Assembly: GCA_022821265.1 (NCBI GenBank)
Contig: JAJEDW010000177.1
Span: 1-51,096 of the forward strand
Direction: 5' to 3'
DNA: 51,096 nucleotides
From: Acidobacteriota bacterium
GTDB lineage: Bacteria; Acidobacteriota; Terriglobia; 20CM-2-55-15
Shown here one piece after another: positions 35,541 through 44,335 of the stretch (position 1 is the first letter of the stretch; every line of letters begins with the position of its first letter). A program made the translations under genes and the position numbers. The notes below the pieces were generated by a model. The model worked only from the letters and a program-made list of their open reading frames with translations, had not been told where the DNA came from and ran no database searches.

Positions 35541-36605
35541 ATGAATACCGCGGTTCGGAAGCTGTTGCCGGCCTTGGCCGTCTGCCTCCTGGCGCCGCCG
35601 GCCCGTGCCCAGGTGGGCCAGGTGCGCGGCGAGATCCGCGTCGACGACGGCGAACCGGTCATCGGCGTCGTCGTCAACCTCGACCGGCAGGACCAGGGCT
35701 TCGACGACCACTACGAGTTGACGACGGACGACCGGGGCGATTTCGTGCACCTGGGCATCGAGCCGGGCGACTACGAGATCACGTTCGAATACGACAACGG
35801 TTTCTACTTGACGCTCTCCCGGATCTCCCCCGGCGACTTCGAGATCCAGCTCGACCTGGACCGGCTCGAATACACCGCCTACGAGTTCGACCGCCGGTCC
35901 GGCGCCGTCGAGCGCGTGTCCCGGAACATCCGCCGGGTCAACTCGGCGGCGCGCATCGTCCGGACGCCGCGCAACGACGAGGAAGCCCGTGCGCAGGCCG
36001 AGGAGGAAGCCGAGGAGGCGGCGCTGGATGAGGCCTTCGCGGCCGGCCGCCAGGCCATGGAAGCGGAGGACTACGATGAAGCGGTCCGCCAGTTCACCAT
36101 GGCCGTCCAGGCGGACTCCAGCCAGCACGTGATCCACGCCAACCTGGGCAGCGCGCTGGAGCGCGCCGGCCGGTACGTCGAGGCCGCCTCGGCGTTCGAG
36201 ACCGCGCAGACGCGGCTGGAGTTCGACAACACGCCGCCCGAGGAAGTCAACTACTTCCGGAACCTGACGGTCAACTGGGCGCTCTCCGGGGAGGTCGACC
36301 TGGCCCTGGACTACGCCGAACGGTCCGCGGAGGTCGATCCGGGCGGCGCGGCCCAGAGCTTCTACGCCGTCGGCGCGCTGATGACGAACGCGGGAAACAG
36401 CGACGGCGCGCTCCGGGCGTTCGAGCGGGCCATCGAGCTGGATCCCGAGATGGCGGAACCCCATTACCAGGCGGCCGTCATTCACCTGGGCGGCGAGATT
36501 TCCAGGGCGGCGCCGCTGCTGGAACGTTACATCGAGTTGGCCCCGGAGGGACCGAACGCCGAGGCGGCGCGCGGGCTGCTGGAGTTCGCGCGCCAAGGCC
36601 AGTGA
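35541..36605 (+). CDS. secreted CarboxypepD_reg-like + TPR repeat protein (family copy 2, more divergent)
   Basis: Signal MNTAVRKLLPALAVCLLAPPARAQ. Beta-sandwich-like VRGEIRVDDGEPVIGVVVNLD...GDYEITFEY. Acidic linker, then TPR helices. Confidence 0.65.
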   Translation: MNTAVRKLLPALAVCLLAPPARAQVGQVRGEIRVDDGEPVIGVVVNLDRQDQGFDDHYELTTDDRGDFVHLGIEPGDYEITFEYDNGFYLTLSRISPGDFEIQLDLDRLEYTAYEFDRRSGAVERVSRNIRRVNSAARIVRTPRNDEEARAQAEEEAEEAALDEAFAAGRQAMEAEDYDEAVRQFTMAVQADSSQHVIHANLGSALERAGRYVEAASAFETAQTRLEFDNTPPEEVNYFRNLTVNWALSGEVDLALDYAERSAEVDPGGAAQSFYAVGALMTNAGNSDGALRAFERAIELDPEMAEPHYQAAVIHLGGEISRAAPLLERYIELAPEGPNAEAARGLLEFARQGQ

Positions 36606-36642
36606 TCCCTACCGGACGCGGCCTGAAGGAGCGATTCGAATC

Positions 36643-37857
36643 ATGATCACCCGATATTCACTGTTCGCGGCGCTCCTCGGCGCGACCCTCGCCGCCGGCG
36701 CCCCGGCCGGCGCCTCCCAACGCGCCATCATCCGGTTCAACCCGCAGGCCCCGCTGCAGGCCACACCGTCATCCGAGGACGAACAGACCGCGCTCCTGAG
36801 AATGCTGGACGAGGACGACCCGACCCGGCGCAACCGCCTGATCACGGACTTCCTTATCCAATACCCCACCAGCGAGTACATGCACATGCTCCTCCAGTCG
36901 CGCTGGCAGATCGTCCTGGAGCGGAACGACGACCCGCAAGATCTCATCGAGGCGGCCGTGGAGGGCCTGGAAGCCTACCAGTACTTCATGGAGAGCAAGC
37001 TCGGCTTCATCGACGACCCGGATAGCCTCGACGAATATCCCTCCACCCAGTACCGGTTCAAGAACCAGGAACTGCAGTACTACCAGTCGATGGTCGACGC
37101 CTACGCGCAGCTGGATGAGCCCGAACGTATCAACGAGTACGTGGACCTGGCGCTCGCAACGGCGGATGAGACCGACGCGTGGTTCGACCGGCTCGGGGAC
37201 GAGACCGAGGACGTGGCCGGTATGGACGCCGAGGCTTGGGCCGAGGTCAGCCGGAACACGCGCATGTTCCTGCTCAACACGGTGCGGAACATCCACGTGG
37301 CGGACGAGAACGAGGCGGGCGTCGTCGAGGTGACCGAGCGCATGCTGGAGATCGTCCCCGACGACGTGGAACTGCTGCTCTTCGCCGCGACGGCGCTCGC
37401 CCAGCAGCAGGCGCCGGCGGACGAGGCCCCGGCGACGCTGCAGGCTCGGATGGAGCGCGCGCTCGCCTACGCCGACCGCGCCGTCGAGGGCGTCGACCTG
37501 TACCTGCTGCGCGCCGACGTTTCCGAAGAGCAGCAGGCCGGCGTCATGGCCCAGCTCTACGGAACGATCGGCCTGGCTACCGCGCAGCTCGGCGACTGGA
37601 CCGCGGCCGCCGAAGCCTATCGCGCCGCCATCGACGCGACGCCCATGGCGCCGAACCTCCACTACATGCTCGGCATCGTGGGCGCCAACTCCAACGACAT
37701 CGACATCGCCCTGCCCGCCTTCGCGCGGGCGCACTTCCTGGCGCCGGACGTTCCGGACATCCGCGCGACGCTGGAACAGATCTACCAGGCCAGCGAAGGG
37801 ACGCTGGACGGCCTGGACGACTACGTCCAGAGCGAGGGCGCGTCGCTCGGGAATTGA
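36643..37857 (+). CDS. secreted all-helical (TPR-like) hypothetical protein
   Basis: Signal MITRYSLFAALLGATLAAGAPAGA. Acidic, helix-rich sequence with TPR-like segments near the C-terminus. AAGGAG upstream. Confidence 0.55.
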   Translation: MITRYSLFAALLGATLAAGAPAGASQRAIIRFNPQAPLQATPSSEDEQTALLRMLDEDDPTRRNRLITDFLIQYPTSEYMHMLLQSRWQIVLERNDDPQDLIEAAVEGLEAYQYFMESKLGFIDDPDSLDEYPSTQYRFKNQELQYYQSMVDAYAQLDEPERINEYVDLALATADETDAWFDRLGDETEDVAGMDAEAWAEVSRNTRMFLLNTVRNIHVADENEAGVVEVTERMLEIVPDDVELLLFAATALAQQQAPADEAPATLQARMERALAYADRAVEGVDLYLLRADVSEEQQAGVMAQLYGTIGLATAQLGDWTAAAEAYRAAIDATPMAPNLHYMLGIVGANSNDIDIALPAFARAHFLAPDVPDIRATLEQIYQASEGTLDGLDDYVQSEGASLGN

Positions 37858-37927
37858 AACCCTTTCGGCGGGAAGGCGCGACGCTCAGCCGGCGATGTCC
37901 GCACCCCGCCGGATCCCGGACAACGTT

Positions 37928-38332
37928 TCACAAGTTGACCCGAACGTTCTCCGCTCGCGCGGCGCGCAGGAGCGCGCGATCCAGGCTCGCAAGGGGATGT
38001 CGTGTCCGAGTCGCGAGTTCCAGGTAGAGCGCGTCATAAACCGAGAGCCGGTGCTCTCTGGCCAGTCGTAGCACGACCTCACCGTCCGGCGCATGGTCCA
38101 GTTCGACACCCAACGCCTCAACTTCAGCCACGGCCGCGTGGGTCTGTGACGGAGTCATCCGCCCCCGCCGTTCCGCCATGACGAGAGCGTTACGGACCTC
38201 GGCCCACCACAATCCAGGCGCGAGAGCGCCGATCGCCGCGACCCGTTCCAGGACAGCGTCGGCGTCGGGGGCGTTCTCGTCACCGAAGAACCATGCGCAG
38301 ACGACGGAACAGTCCAGGACGGGGGTGTTCAT
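37928..38332 (-). CDS. vapC: type II toxin VapC (PIN domain)
   Basis: VLDCSVVCAWF, WWAEVRNAL, SVYDALYLELA and LASLDRAL fit the PIN acidic residue pattern. ATGA overlap with the upstream antitoxin. Confidence 0.85.
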   Translation of the reverse strand: MNTPVLDCSVVCAWFFGDENAPDADAVLERVAAIGALAPGLWWAEVRNALVMAERRGRMTPSQTHAAVAEVEALGVELDHAPDGEVVLRLAREHRLSVYDALYLELATRTRHPLASLDRALLRAARAENVRVNL

Positions 38333-38574
38333 CGTCGTCCCTGGTCACGAAGCTCAAGGATCTCGTCTACGGTTCCCGACCAATCGATTTCGCGGCGCAG
38401 GCGTCGGATCTTCTCGGCGGCGGCCGTGGCCCGGCGGCGATCCGACGTCTCGGGGGGAACCAGACGGGCGACGGGCCGATTCCTTTTCGTTATCGTGACG
38501 GTCTCGCCCTTTTCGACCGCATCCAGCAGGCGCGAGAGATGTGTCTTGGCTTCGAATGCCCCGATGAACCGCAT
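38329..38574 (-). CDS. Phd/YefM-family antitoxin
   Basis: MRFIGAFEAKTHLSRLLDAVEKGETVTITKRNRPVARLVP is typical of Phd/YefM. Coupled to the PIN toxin. Confidence 0.85.
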   Translation of the reverse strand: MRFIGAFEAKTHLSRLLDAVEKGETVTITKRNRPVARLVPPETSDRRRATAAAEKIRRLRREIDWSGTVDEILELRDQGRR

Positions 38575-38590
38575 GAGAAGACCCCATTCA

Positions 38591-38609
38591 AACTAGTTTT
38601 CCAACTAGT
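38591..38609 (-). promoter_or_regulatory. candidate TA operator: two AACTAGT(T) palindromic half-sites spaced 12 bp, next to a TATAGT -10-like box (38612-38617, minus strand)
   Basis: Read directly: aactagttttccaactagt, 17-35 nt upstream of the antitoxin ATG. Type II antitoxins commonly autoregulate through such repeats. Confidence 0.4.
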
Positions 38610-38667
38610 CTACTATATTCGCTCGGAGTCGAACAGCCGTGCGTGACTGTTACCGGTCGGATGGGGG

Positions 38668-39729
38668 CTATCGGCCGGCGGCCGCTTCGATGGCGCTGCG
38701 CGCCTGTTCCATCATTTCGCGGTCGGGCGAGTCCGGGTTGGCCTCCAGGTACAGTTCGATCTGCTCCAGGGCGGCCTCGTGGCGCTGCTGCTGCACGTAG
38801 ACGTTGATCAGCGCGAGCCGCGCCGCGTCGAGGCGCGGATCGAAATCCATCGCCGTCAACAGCCGTTCCTCGGCTTCGTCGAAGGCCCCGGTCTTGTATA
38901 AGGCGGAACCCAGGTAGAAGGCGATGATCCCCGAGTTGGGGTCCAGGCGCGCCGCGTCCCGCAGGTACCCGGCCGCGGCCTCGTAGGATCCGACGGCGAC
39001 GCCGCGCTCGGACGCATCCAGCGCGGACTGCTCCAGGACCTGGCCCTCCTGGAAATGCAGCGTCCCCAGGTTGGTCAGCAGTACCGAATCGTTCGGGTTC
39101 AGCGCGTGGGCGCGTTCCAGCGTCCGCCTCGCGTCGCCGTAGCGCGCCCGCGTCAGGTATTCCACGCCCAGCCGGCCGAGCGCGTCGTAGTAGTCGGGCG
39201 CCGAATCGACGGCCTGCTCCAGCAATCGCAGCGCCTCTTCGGATTCGCCGCCATCCAGGCGCTCCAGCGCCTCCCGATACGCCGCACGCGCCTCGGCGGG
39301 TATCTCCGCGGTGAGCTGCCGGACATCCACCGTATCGGCGGCCGCCGCGTCCGGCGCCTCGGGCGGGATGCTGTTGAGGTAGAGGATCACGACCCCGAAG
39401 TCGGAAATGTTCCCCCGGCCGAACGGGTCGCGCCCGATCTGCACCTCGTGGCGAACCTCGCGGTAACCGGGTTCCTGGATCACCAGGAAATACCGGTCGC
39501 CCAGGTCGATCGGAACCGACCGGAACTCGAACTCCTCGCCCCCGAGCGTGTACGCCGTGTCGACGATGCCGGCCGTCCCGCTCTCGAGCCGGACCTCGAC
39601 GATCCGGCGGATCGGGCGGCCGTCCTCCATGACGCGCCCACCGAGGCGCGTGATCATGGCCCTCTGGGGCGCCGCCGCCCCGAGGGCCGTCAACGCCAGC
39701 GTCAACGCCACGATTGCCTTGCCGATCAT
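38668..39729 (-). CDS. secreted CarboxypepD_reg-like + TPR repeat protein (family copy 3)
   Basis: Signal MIGKAIVALTLALTALGAAA. Collinear with 9714..10802 (e.g. VDVRQLTAEIPAEARAAYREALE versus VDVRQLEAAIPAEARAEYDRAME; LINVYVQQQRHEAALEQIELYLEANPDSP versus LINLYARQERFDEALAEAASYLERRPDSP). Confidence 0.75.
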   Translation of the reverse strand: MIGKAIVALTLALTALGAAAPQRAMITRLGGRVMEDGRPIRRIVEVRLESGTAGIVDTAYTLGGEEFEFRSVPIDLGDRYFLVIQEPGYREVRHEVQIGRDPFGRGNISDFGVVILYLNSIPPEAPDAAAADTVDVRQLTAEIPAEARAAYREALERLDGGESEEALRLLEQAVDSAPDYYDALGRLGVEYLTRARYGDARRTLERAHALNPNDSVLLTNLGTLHFQEGQVLEQSALDASERGVAVGSYEAAAGYLRDAARLDPNSGIIAFYLGSALYKTGAFDEAEERLLTAMDFDPRLDAARLALINVYVQQQRHEAALEQIELYLEANPDSPDREMMEQARSAIEAAAGR

Positions 39730-39814
39730 CGTTGTCTCCGGAGTCGATCGGACCGCTTCCCGACCTTACAGCGATACCGGGAACAGGTCAAACTCCGTGC
39801 GCTGCCGCGCCCGT

Positions 39815-39823
39815 TGCTATAAT
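39815..39823 (+). promoter_or_regulatory. candidate extended -10 promoter element (TGcTATAAT)
   Basis: A perfect TATAAT at 39818-39823 with upstream TG, 38 nt before GTG 39862. No good -35 element. Confidence 0.4.
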
Positions 39824-39861
39824 GCCGCGAGATCGAAACGACTCCAGGAGCGCCTCTCCTC

Positions 39862-41031
39862 GTGCCGCGACTTCGTTCGTACCGCTTCGCATGCCTCGTC
39901 GTGCTGCTGGCCGCCGGCGGCGGCTTGGCGCTGGCGCAATCCCGCGTTCCGACGGATCGACCGCTGGTGGAGCTCGAGGACACGGTGCGGCGCGAGCCGG
40001 AAAACGCCGACGCGCACCGCCGTCTGGGACTCGCTTTGCATGGGGACGGGCAACTGCGCCGCGCCATCGAGTCCTATGAGCGCGCCATCCGGCTCGCCCC
40101 CGACGTGGTCGAATCCTACCTGGGCCTCTCGGACGTGTACGAGGCGGCCAACCTGCGGGCCGAGGCCGAATCGCTCCTCACCGACACGGCCGCGGCATTC
40201 CCCGCCTCGATCGCCGTCCGCGTCGAGCTCGGAGAAACGCGCTTTCTCGCCGGCAAGTTACGGGAAGCCCTGGAGGACTTCCAGCGCGCTCGGCGGATGG
40301 CCGACGCCGACGGTACGGTCCGCGAGGACCAGAAGGCGTTCATCCTGCGCCGCATCGGCGACATGCACGTCCACATGATCCGATTCGACGAAGCGCTCGC
40401 GGCGTATCGGAACGCCGTCGAGCTGGCGCCCGGCGATCTGGACGTCCGCCTGGCGCTGGGCAAACTCCACCTGAGGCGGAATCGGCTGGACGGCGCGTTG
40501 AGGGAGTACAGCCTTGTCGTCGACAGGGATCCCGGCCGTCTGGAGGGCCATGAAGGCGTCGCCGAAGCGACCTTCCGTCTCGGCCGGTTCGACGACGCGG
40601 CGGCCGCGGCCGAAGCCGCGATCCGCATCGATCCGGCGCGCCTGGGCCCGCGATACCGGCTGGCCGCGGCGCGCCTTCGAACCGGACCCGACGACGCGGC
40701 GCGCGCCGCCATGGACGCCTACCGGGAGCTGGAGGCCGAAGCGCGCGCCCGGGAACAGCGCGAACGCGAGATCGGCAGCGTTCAGAAGGCCGCACTGGCC
40801 GAAGCGCTCGACGGCAACCCGGAACGGGCCGTCGTTCTCTTGCGCGACGGCATCGCCGCGCACCCCCGGGCGGCAGTGCTCCACCTGAACCTGGGTGCGG
40901 CGCTGGGAAGCCTGGGACGATACGCCGACGCCGCGGCGGTATTCGAGGGCATGCTGGATTCGGGGATCGGCGACTCGGAACAGGTCCGGCGGCTTCTCGA
41001 CGAAGCCCGGCCGGCCGGCGCCGGACGATGA
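39862..41031 (+). CDS. secreted TPR repeat protein
   Basis: GTG start. Signal-like CLVVLLAAGGGLALAQ. Consecutive TPR helices throughout. ATGA overlap with the downstream CRTAC1-family gene. Confidence 0.7.
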   Translation: MPRLRSYRFACLVVLLAAGGGLALAQSRVPTDRPLVELEDTVRREPENADAHRRLGLALHGDGQLRRAIESYERAIRLAPDVVESYLGLSDVYEAANLRAEAESLLTDTAAAFPASIAVRVELGETRFLAGKLREALEDFQRARRMADADGTVREDQKAFILRRIGDMHVHMIRFDEALAAYRNAVELAPGDLDVRLALGKLHLRRNRLDGALREYSLVVDRDPGRLEGHEGVAEATFRLGRFDDAAAAAEAAIRIDPARLGPRYRLAAARLRTGPDDAARAAMDAYRELEAEARAREQREREIGSVQKAALAEALDGNPERAVVLLRDGIAAHPRAAVLHLNLGAALGSLGRYADAAAVFEGMLDSGIGDSEQVRRLLDEARPAGAGR

Positions 41032-42689
41032 CGACGGCGAGCCTCCTCCTCGCCGGGCTTCTGTGGATGTCCCAGGACGCGCCGGTCGCCTTCACGGCCG
41101 TCACCGATGCCGCGGGCATCGACTTCGTTCACGAGAACGGCGCCAGCGCCGAGAAGTACATGCCCGAGACCATGGGCTCGGGCGCGTTGATATTCGACTA
41201 CGACAACGACGGCCGGGCCGACATCCTCTTCGTGAACGGCGGGTCCTTCATCGACACCGACGTCGCACGGCGCGCCCGGCACCGCCTCTACCGGAACGAC
41301 GGCGGCCGCGCGATCCGATTCACCGACGTCACCGGATCGGCCGGACTGGACCGCCCCCGCTTCGGGATGGGGGCGTGCGCGGCCGACTACGACAACGACG
41401 GCTGGACGGACGTCTACGTGACCGGCTTCGGCGCCAACGCACTCTACCGGAACGACGCCGGCGGCGTGTTCGTCGACGTCACGCGGGAAGCCGGCGTCGA
41501 ATCGGGGGGCTGGAGCGCGAGCTGCGCGTTCGGAGACGTGGACAACGACGGCGACGTCGATCTCTACGTGACGCGCTACGTGGACTTCTCCGTCGACAAC
41601 AACAAGTACTGCGGCGACATCCAGAACGTGCGCTTCTACTGCCATCCCCACGTGTACAACGGGGTCGCCGACATCCTGTATCGGAACGAGGGCGACGGAA
41701 CGTTCACGGACGTCAGTCACGAAGCCGGCGTCCACGCGACCGACGGCAAGGGCCTGGGCGTAGTGTTCGCCGATTACGATGACGACGGCTGGATCGACGC
41801 TTACGTCGCCAACGATTCGACACCCAACTTCCTCTACCACAACACGGGGGGCGGCCGGTTCGAGGAGACGGGGTTATGGGCCGGCGTGGCGGTGGGCATG
41901 GACGGACGGCCGCTGGCGGGGATGGGCGCCGACGCCGGCGACGTCGACGGGGACGGCCGGGACGACCTGGTCGTCACGAACCTGAACGGCGAGACGCACA
42001 GCCTGTACCGGAACCTGGGAAGCGGGCTGTTCCAGGACGTCACGTACGAAAGCGGCGTCGGGGAGGCCACGCTGCCGTTCGTCGGGTTCGGGGCCGTGCT
42101 CGTCGACTACGACAACGACATGGACCTCGACCTGGGGATCGCCAACGGCGACGTCCTCGACAACGTTCATTTGCTCAACGACTTCGCCACGTATCCCCAG
42201 CGCAACCTGCTGCTGGAGAACACGGGCGGGGGCGCCTTCCGGGAGGCGGCGGCCGGCGGCGGGTTCGCCATCGTCAAGGTCAGCCGCGCGTTGGCGGCCG
42301 GCGATCTGGACAACGACGGCGACCTCGACCTGCTGGTGTCCAACAACGGCGGCGGTCCCGACCTGCTGCTGAACGACGGCGGCAACCGCAACCGTTCGCT
42401 GCAGGTGAGGCTGATTGGCGCCGAGAGCAACCGCAGCGGCGTCGGCGCGCGTCTGACGCTCCACGTCGGCGGCCGCGCCCTGGTCCGCGACGCCCGGGCC
42501 GGCTCCAGTTACTTGGCGCAGAACGACGCCCGCGTCCACTTCGGGACCGGCCGCGCGGAGCGCGCCGACCGCCTGGAGATCGCCTGGCCGAGCGGCCGCG
42601 TCGACGTGGTGGACGATGTCGAGACGAACCGAATCGTTACCGTGCGGGAAGGCGCCGGCGTCGTCGACGCCGAGCGCGCGGGGCCCTGA
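41028..42689 (+). CDS. CRTAC1-family protein (FG-GAP/VCBS beta-propeller + ASPIC/UnbV domain), copy 1
   Basis: Seven D-x-D-x-D-G calcium-loop repeats (FDYDNDGRADILFVN, ADYDNDGWTDVYVTG, GDVDNDGDVDLYVTR, ADYDDDGWIDAYVAN, GDVDGDGRDDLVVTN, VDYDNDMDLDLGIAN, GDLDNDGDLDLLVSN). C-terminal UnbV_ASPIC-like NRSGVGARLTLHVGG...SSYLAQNDARVHFG...EIAWPSGRV. Confidence 0.85.
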   Translation: MTTASLLLAGLLWMSQDAPVAFTAVTDAAGIDFVHENGASAEKYMPETMGSGALIFDYDNDGRADILFVNGGSFIDTDVARRARHRLYRNDGGRAIRFTDVTGSAGLDRPRFGMGACAADYDNDGWTDVYVTGFGANALYRNDAGGVFVDVTREAGVESGGWSASCAFGDVDNDGDVDLYVTRYVDFSVDNNKYCGDIQNVRFYCHPHVYNGVADILYRNEGDGTFTDVSHEAGVHATDGKGLGVVFADYDDDGWIDAYVANDSTPNFLYHNTGGGRFEETGLWAGVAVGMDGRPLAGMGADAGDVDGDGRDDLVVTNLNGETHSLYRNLGSGLFQDVTYESGVGEATLPFVGFGAVLVDYDNDMDLDLGIANGDVLDNVHLLNDFATYPQRNLLLENTGGGAFREAAAGGGFAIVKVSRALAAGDLDNDGDLDLLVSNNGGGPDLLLNDGGNRNRSLQVRLIGAESNRSGVGARLTLHVGGRALVRDARAGSSYLAQNDARVHFGTGRAERADRLEIAWPSGRVDVVDDVETNRIVTVREGAGVVDAERAGP

Positions 42690-42692
42690 CCG

Positions 42693-44321
42693 TCACCTCG
42701 CCTCGACGATGCGCCGCCGTTCCCCAGCGTGGACGACGATGGTCTGGACACGCCCGGAAGGCCACGTGATCGACACCCGCGCCTCGGAGGCGGCGCCGAG
42801 GGCGATGACCACGGCCCGGCTGTTCTGGCTCTGGAACCCCTGCATCGACCGGATCGCGTAATGGCGCGTCCGGTCCCCCTCGACCCGGATCCGCGCGCCG
42901 ACGGCGTCGCGGTTGCTCGACACGCCCTCCAGCCGCAGCGTCGCCGTCCCCCCCCTCGGCCCGATGCGGTTGACGAACAGCGCCGGATGCTCCGGGGACA
43001 GCCGGACGCCCTGGTCGTCGTCGAACGTGGGATGCCCGCCCAGGTTGACGGCCATGTCGGTGTCCCCGTCCCGGTCGTAGTCGGAGAAGACGGTTCCGTG
43101 GCCACGCGTCCGCCAGGTCCGGTCCGCTCCCGGCGTGAGCACCTCGCCGGTGCACCGGTAGAAGGAGTCGTCCACGGTGTTGCAGAACATCAGGTCCGGC
43201 GCGGCCCGTATCGGGTTGCCGGTGCCGATGTAGACGTCCGGATAGCCGTCGTCGAACAGGTCGCCGACGCCCAGCCCCATCGTGTTCTCGAACGGCCGCG
43301 AAACGTCGGACCACACGGTGGCGGTGGCTTCCAGTCCCCAGTCGGCGGCCTGGGGCTCGAATCCGCCGGCGCCGTCGTTCAACAGCAGGACGTCCTGCAG
43401 GTCGAACCGGCCCAGGTAGAGGTCGTCGAACCCGTCCTGGTCGAAGTCTTCCGCGGCGGCGGCGAAGACGGCGGGCGCCGCCGGCCCCGGCCAGCCCTCG
43501 GGCAGGGGCAGCGGCTCGGCGAAAATCTCGTCGGTCACCTCGGAGAATGCCCCGCCGTCGTTGCGGTAGAAGGCGTGCTGCCACATGCCGGCCAGGTAGA
43601 GGTCGGCATCGCCGTCCCGGTCGTAGTCGATCCAGACCGGGTTCTTGCCGTCCTCCATCGGGATCCCGACACCCAGGGCGGCGCCGGTTTCCTCGAAGGA
43701 CCCGTCGCGGTTGTTGCGGAACAGGAGCGCCACCCCGTCGGTCCGCGTCACCACGACGTCCAGCCAACCGTCGAGATCGTAGTCGGCCCAGGACGCGCCC
43801 CACCAGTTCGACGGCGTCCGGTTCGCGGCCTCGAGACCGGATTCGCCCGTCACCGGCGCGAAGCCGCCGTCGTCGCCGATCCGGTTGTTGTAGAGCGCCA
43901 GGTTGGAGACGCCGCTGTAACCCCCGTTCGCCAGCAGGAGATCGGCATCGCCGTCGTTGTCGTAATCCGCGAACGCGCCGGCCCAGGTCGAGACCAGATC
44001 GGCGGGATCGATGCCCAGCCGGGTGGCGGCGACGGCCTCGAACGCGCCGTCGCCCCGGTTGAGGAAGAACGTCGACACGCCGTAGACGTCGGCGTCCCAC
44101 CGGTTGTCGGAGTCGGCCAGGAAGAGATCGTCCCAACCGTCGCCGTCGACGTCCACCCACGCCGCACCGCGGCCGTAACGGGTCCCGGCGTCTAGGCCGG
44201 CCGCGGCCGCGTCGTTGCAGAACGCCGCGCCGTCCGGGCAGTCGAACACGGGGAACGTGGGGAGGCTGTCATCGCCGAGGAACTGGGCCGCGAACGCCAG
44301 GGCGACGAGGGGGAGCCGCAC
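42693..44321 (-). CDS. CRTAC1-family protein (FG-GAP/VCBS beta-propeller + ASPIC/UnbV domain), copy 2
   Basis: GTG 44321 lies 7 nt after GGGAGG. Seven FG-GAP/VCBS repeats (VDVDGDGWDDLFLAD ... SDYDRDGDTDMAVNL). C-terminal NRDAVGARIRVEG...QGFQSQNSRAVVIALG...ITWPSGRV. The upstream part of track ORF 42693..46181 is artefact. Confidence 0.8.
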   Translation of the reverse strand: MRLPLVALAFAAQFLGDDSLPTFPVFDCPDGAAFCNDAAAAGLDAGTRYGRGAAWVDVDGDGWDDLFLADSDNRWDADVYGVSTFFLNRGDGAFEAVAATRLGIDPADLVSTWAGAFADYDNDGDADLLLANGGYSGVSNLALYNNRIGDDGGFAPVTGESGLEAANRTPSNWWGASWADYDLDGWLDVVVTRTDGVALLFRNNRDGSFEETGAALGVGIPMEDGKNPVWIDYDRDGDADLYLAGMWQHAFYRNDGGAFSEVTDEIFAEPLPLPEGWPGPAAPAVFAAAAEDFDQDGFDDLYLGRFDLQDVLLLNDGAGGFEPQAADWGLEATATVWSDVSRPFENTMGLGVGDLFDDGYPDVYIGTGNPIRAAPDLMFCNTVDDSFYRCTGEVLTPGADRTWRTRGHGTVFSDYDRDGDTDMAVNLGGHPTFDDDQGVRLSPEHPALFVNRIGPRGGTATLRLEGVSSNRDAVGARIRVEGDRTRHYAIRSMQGFQSQNSRAVVIALGAASEARVSITWPSGRVQTIVVHAGERRRIVEAR

Positions 44322-44335
44322 CGAGGGGCCTCCCG

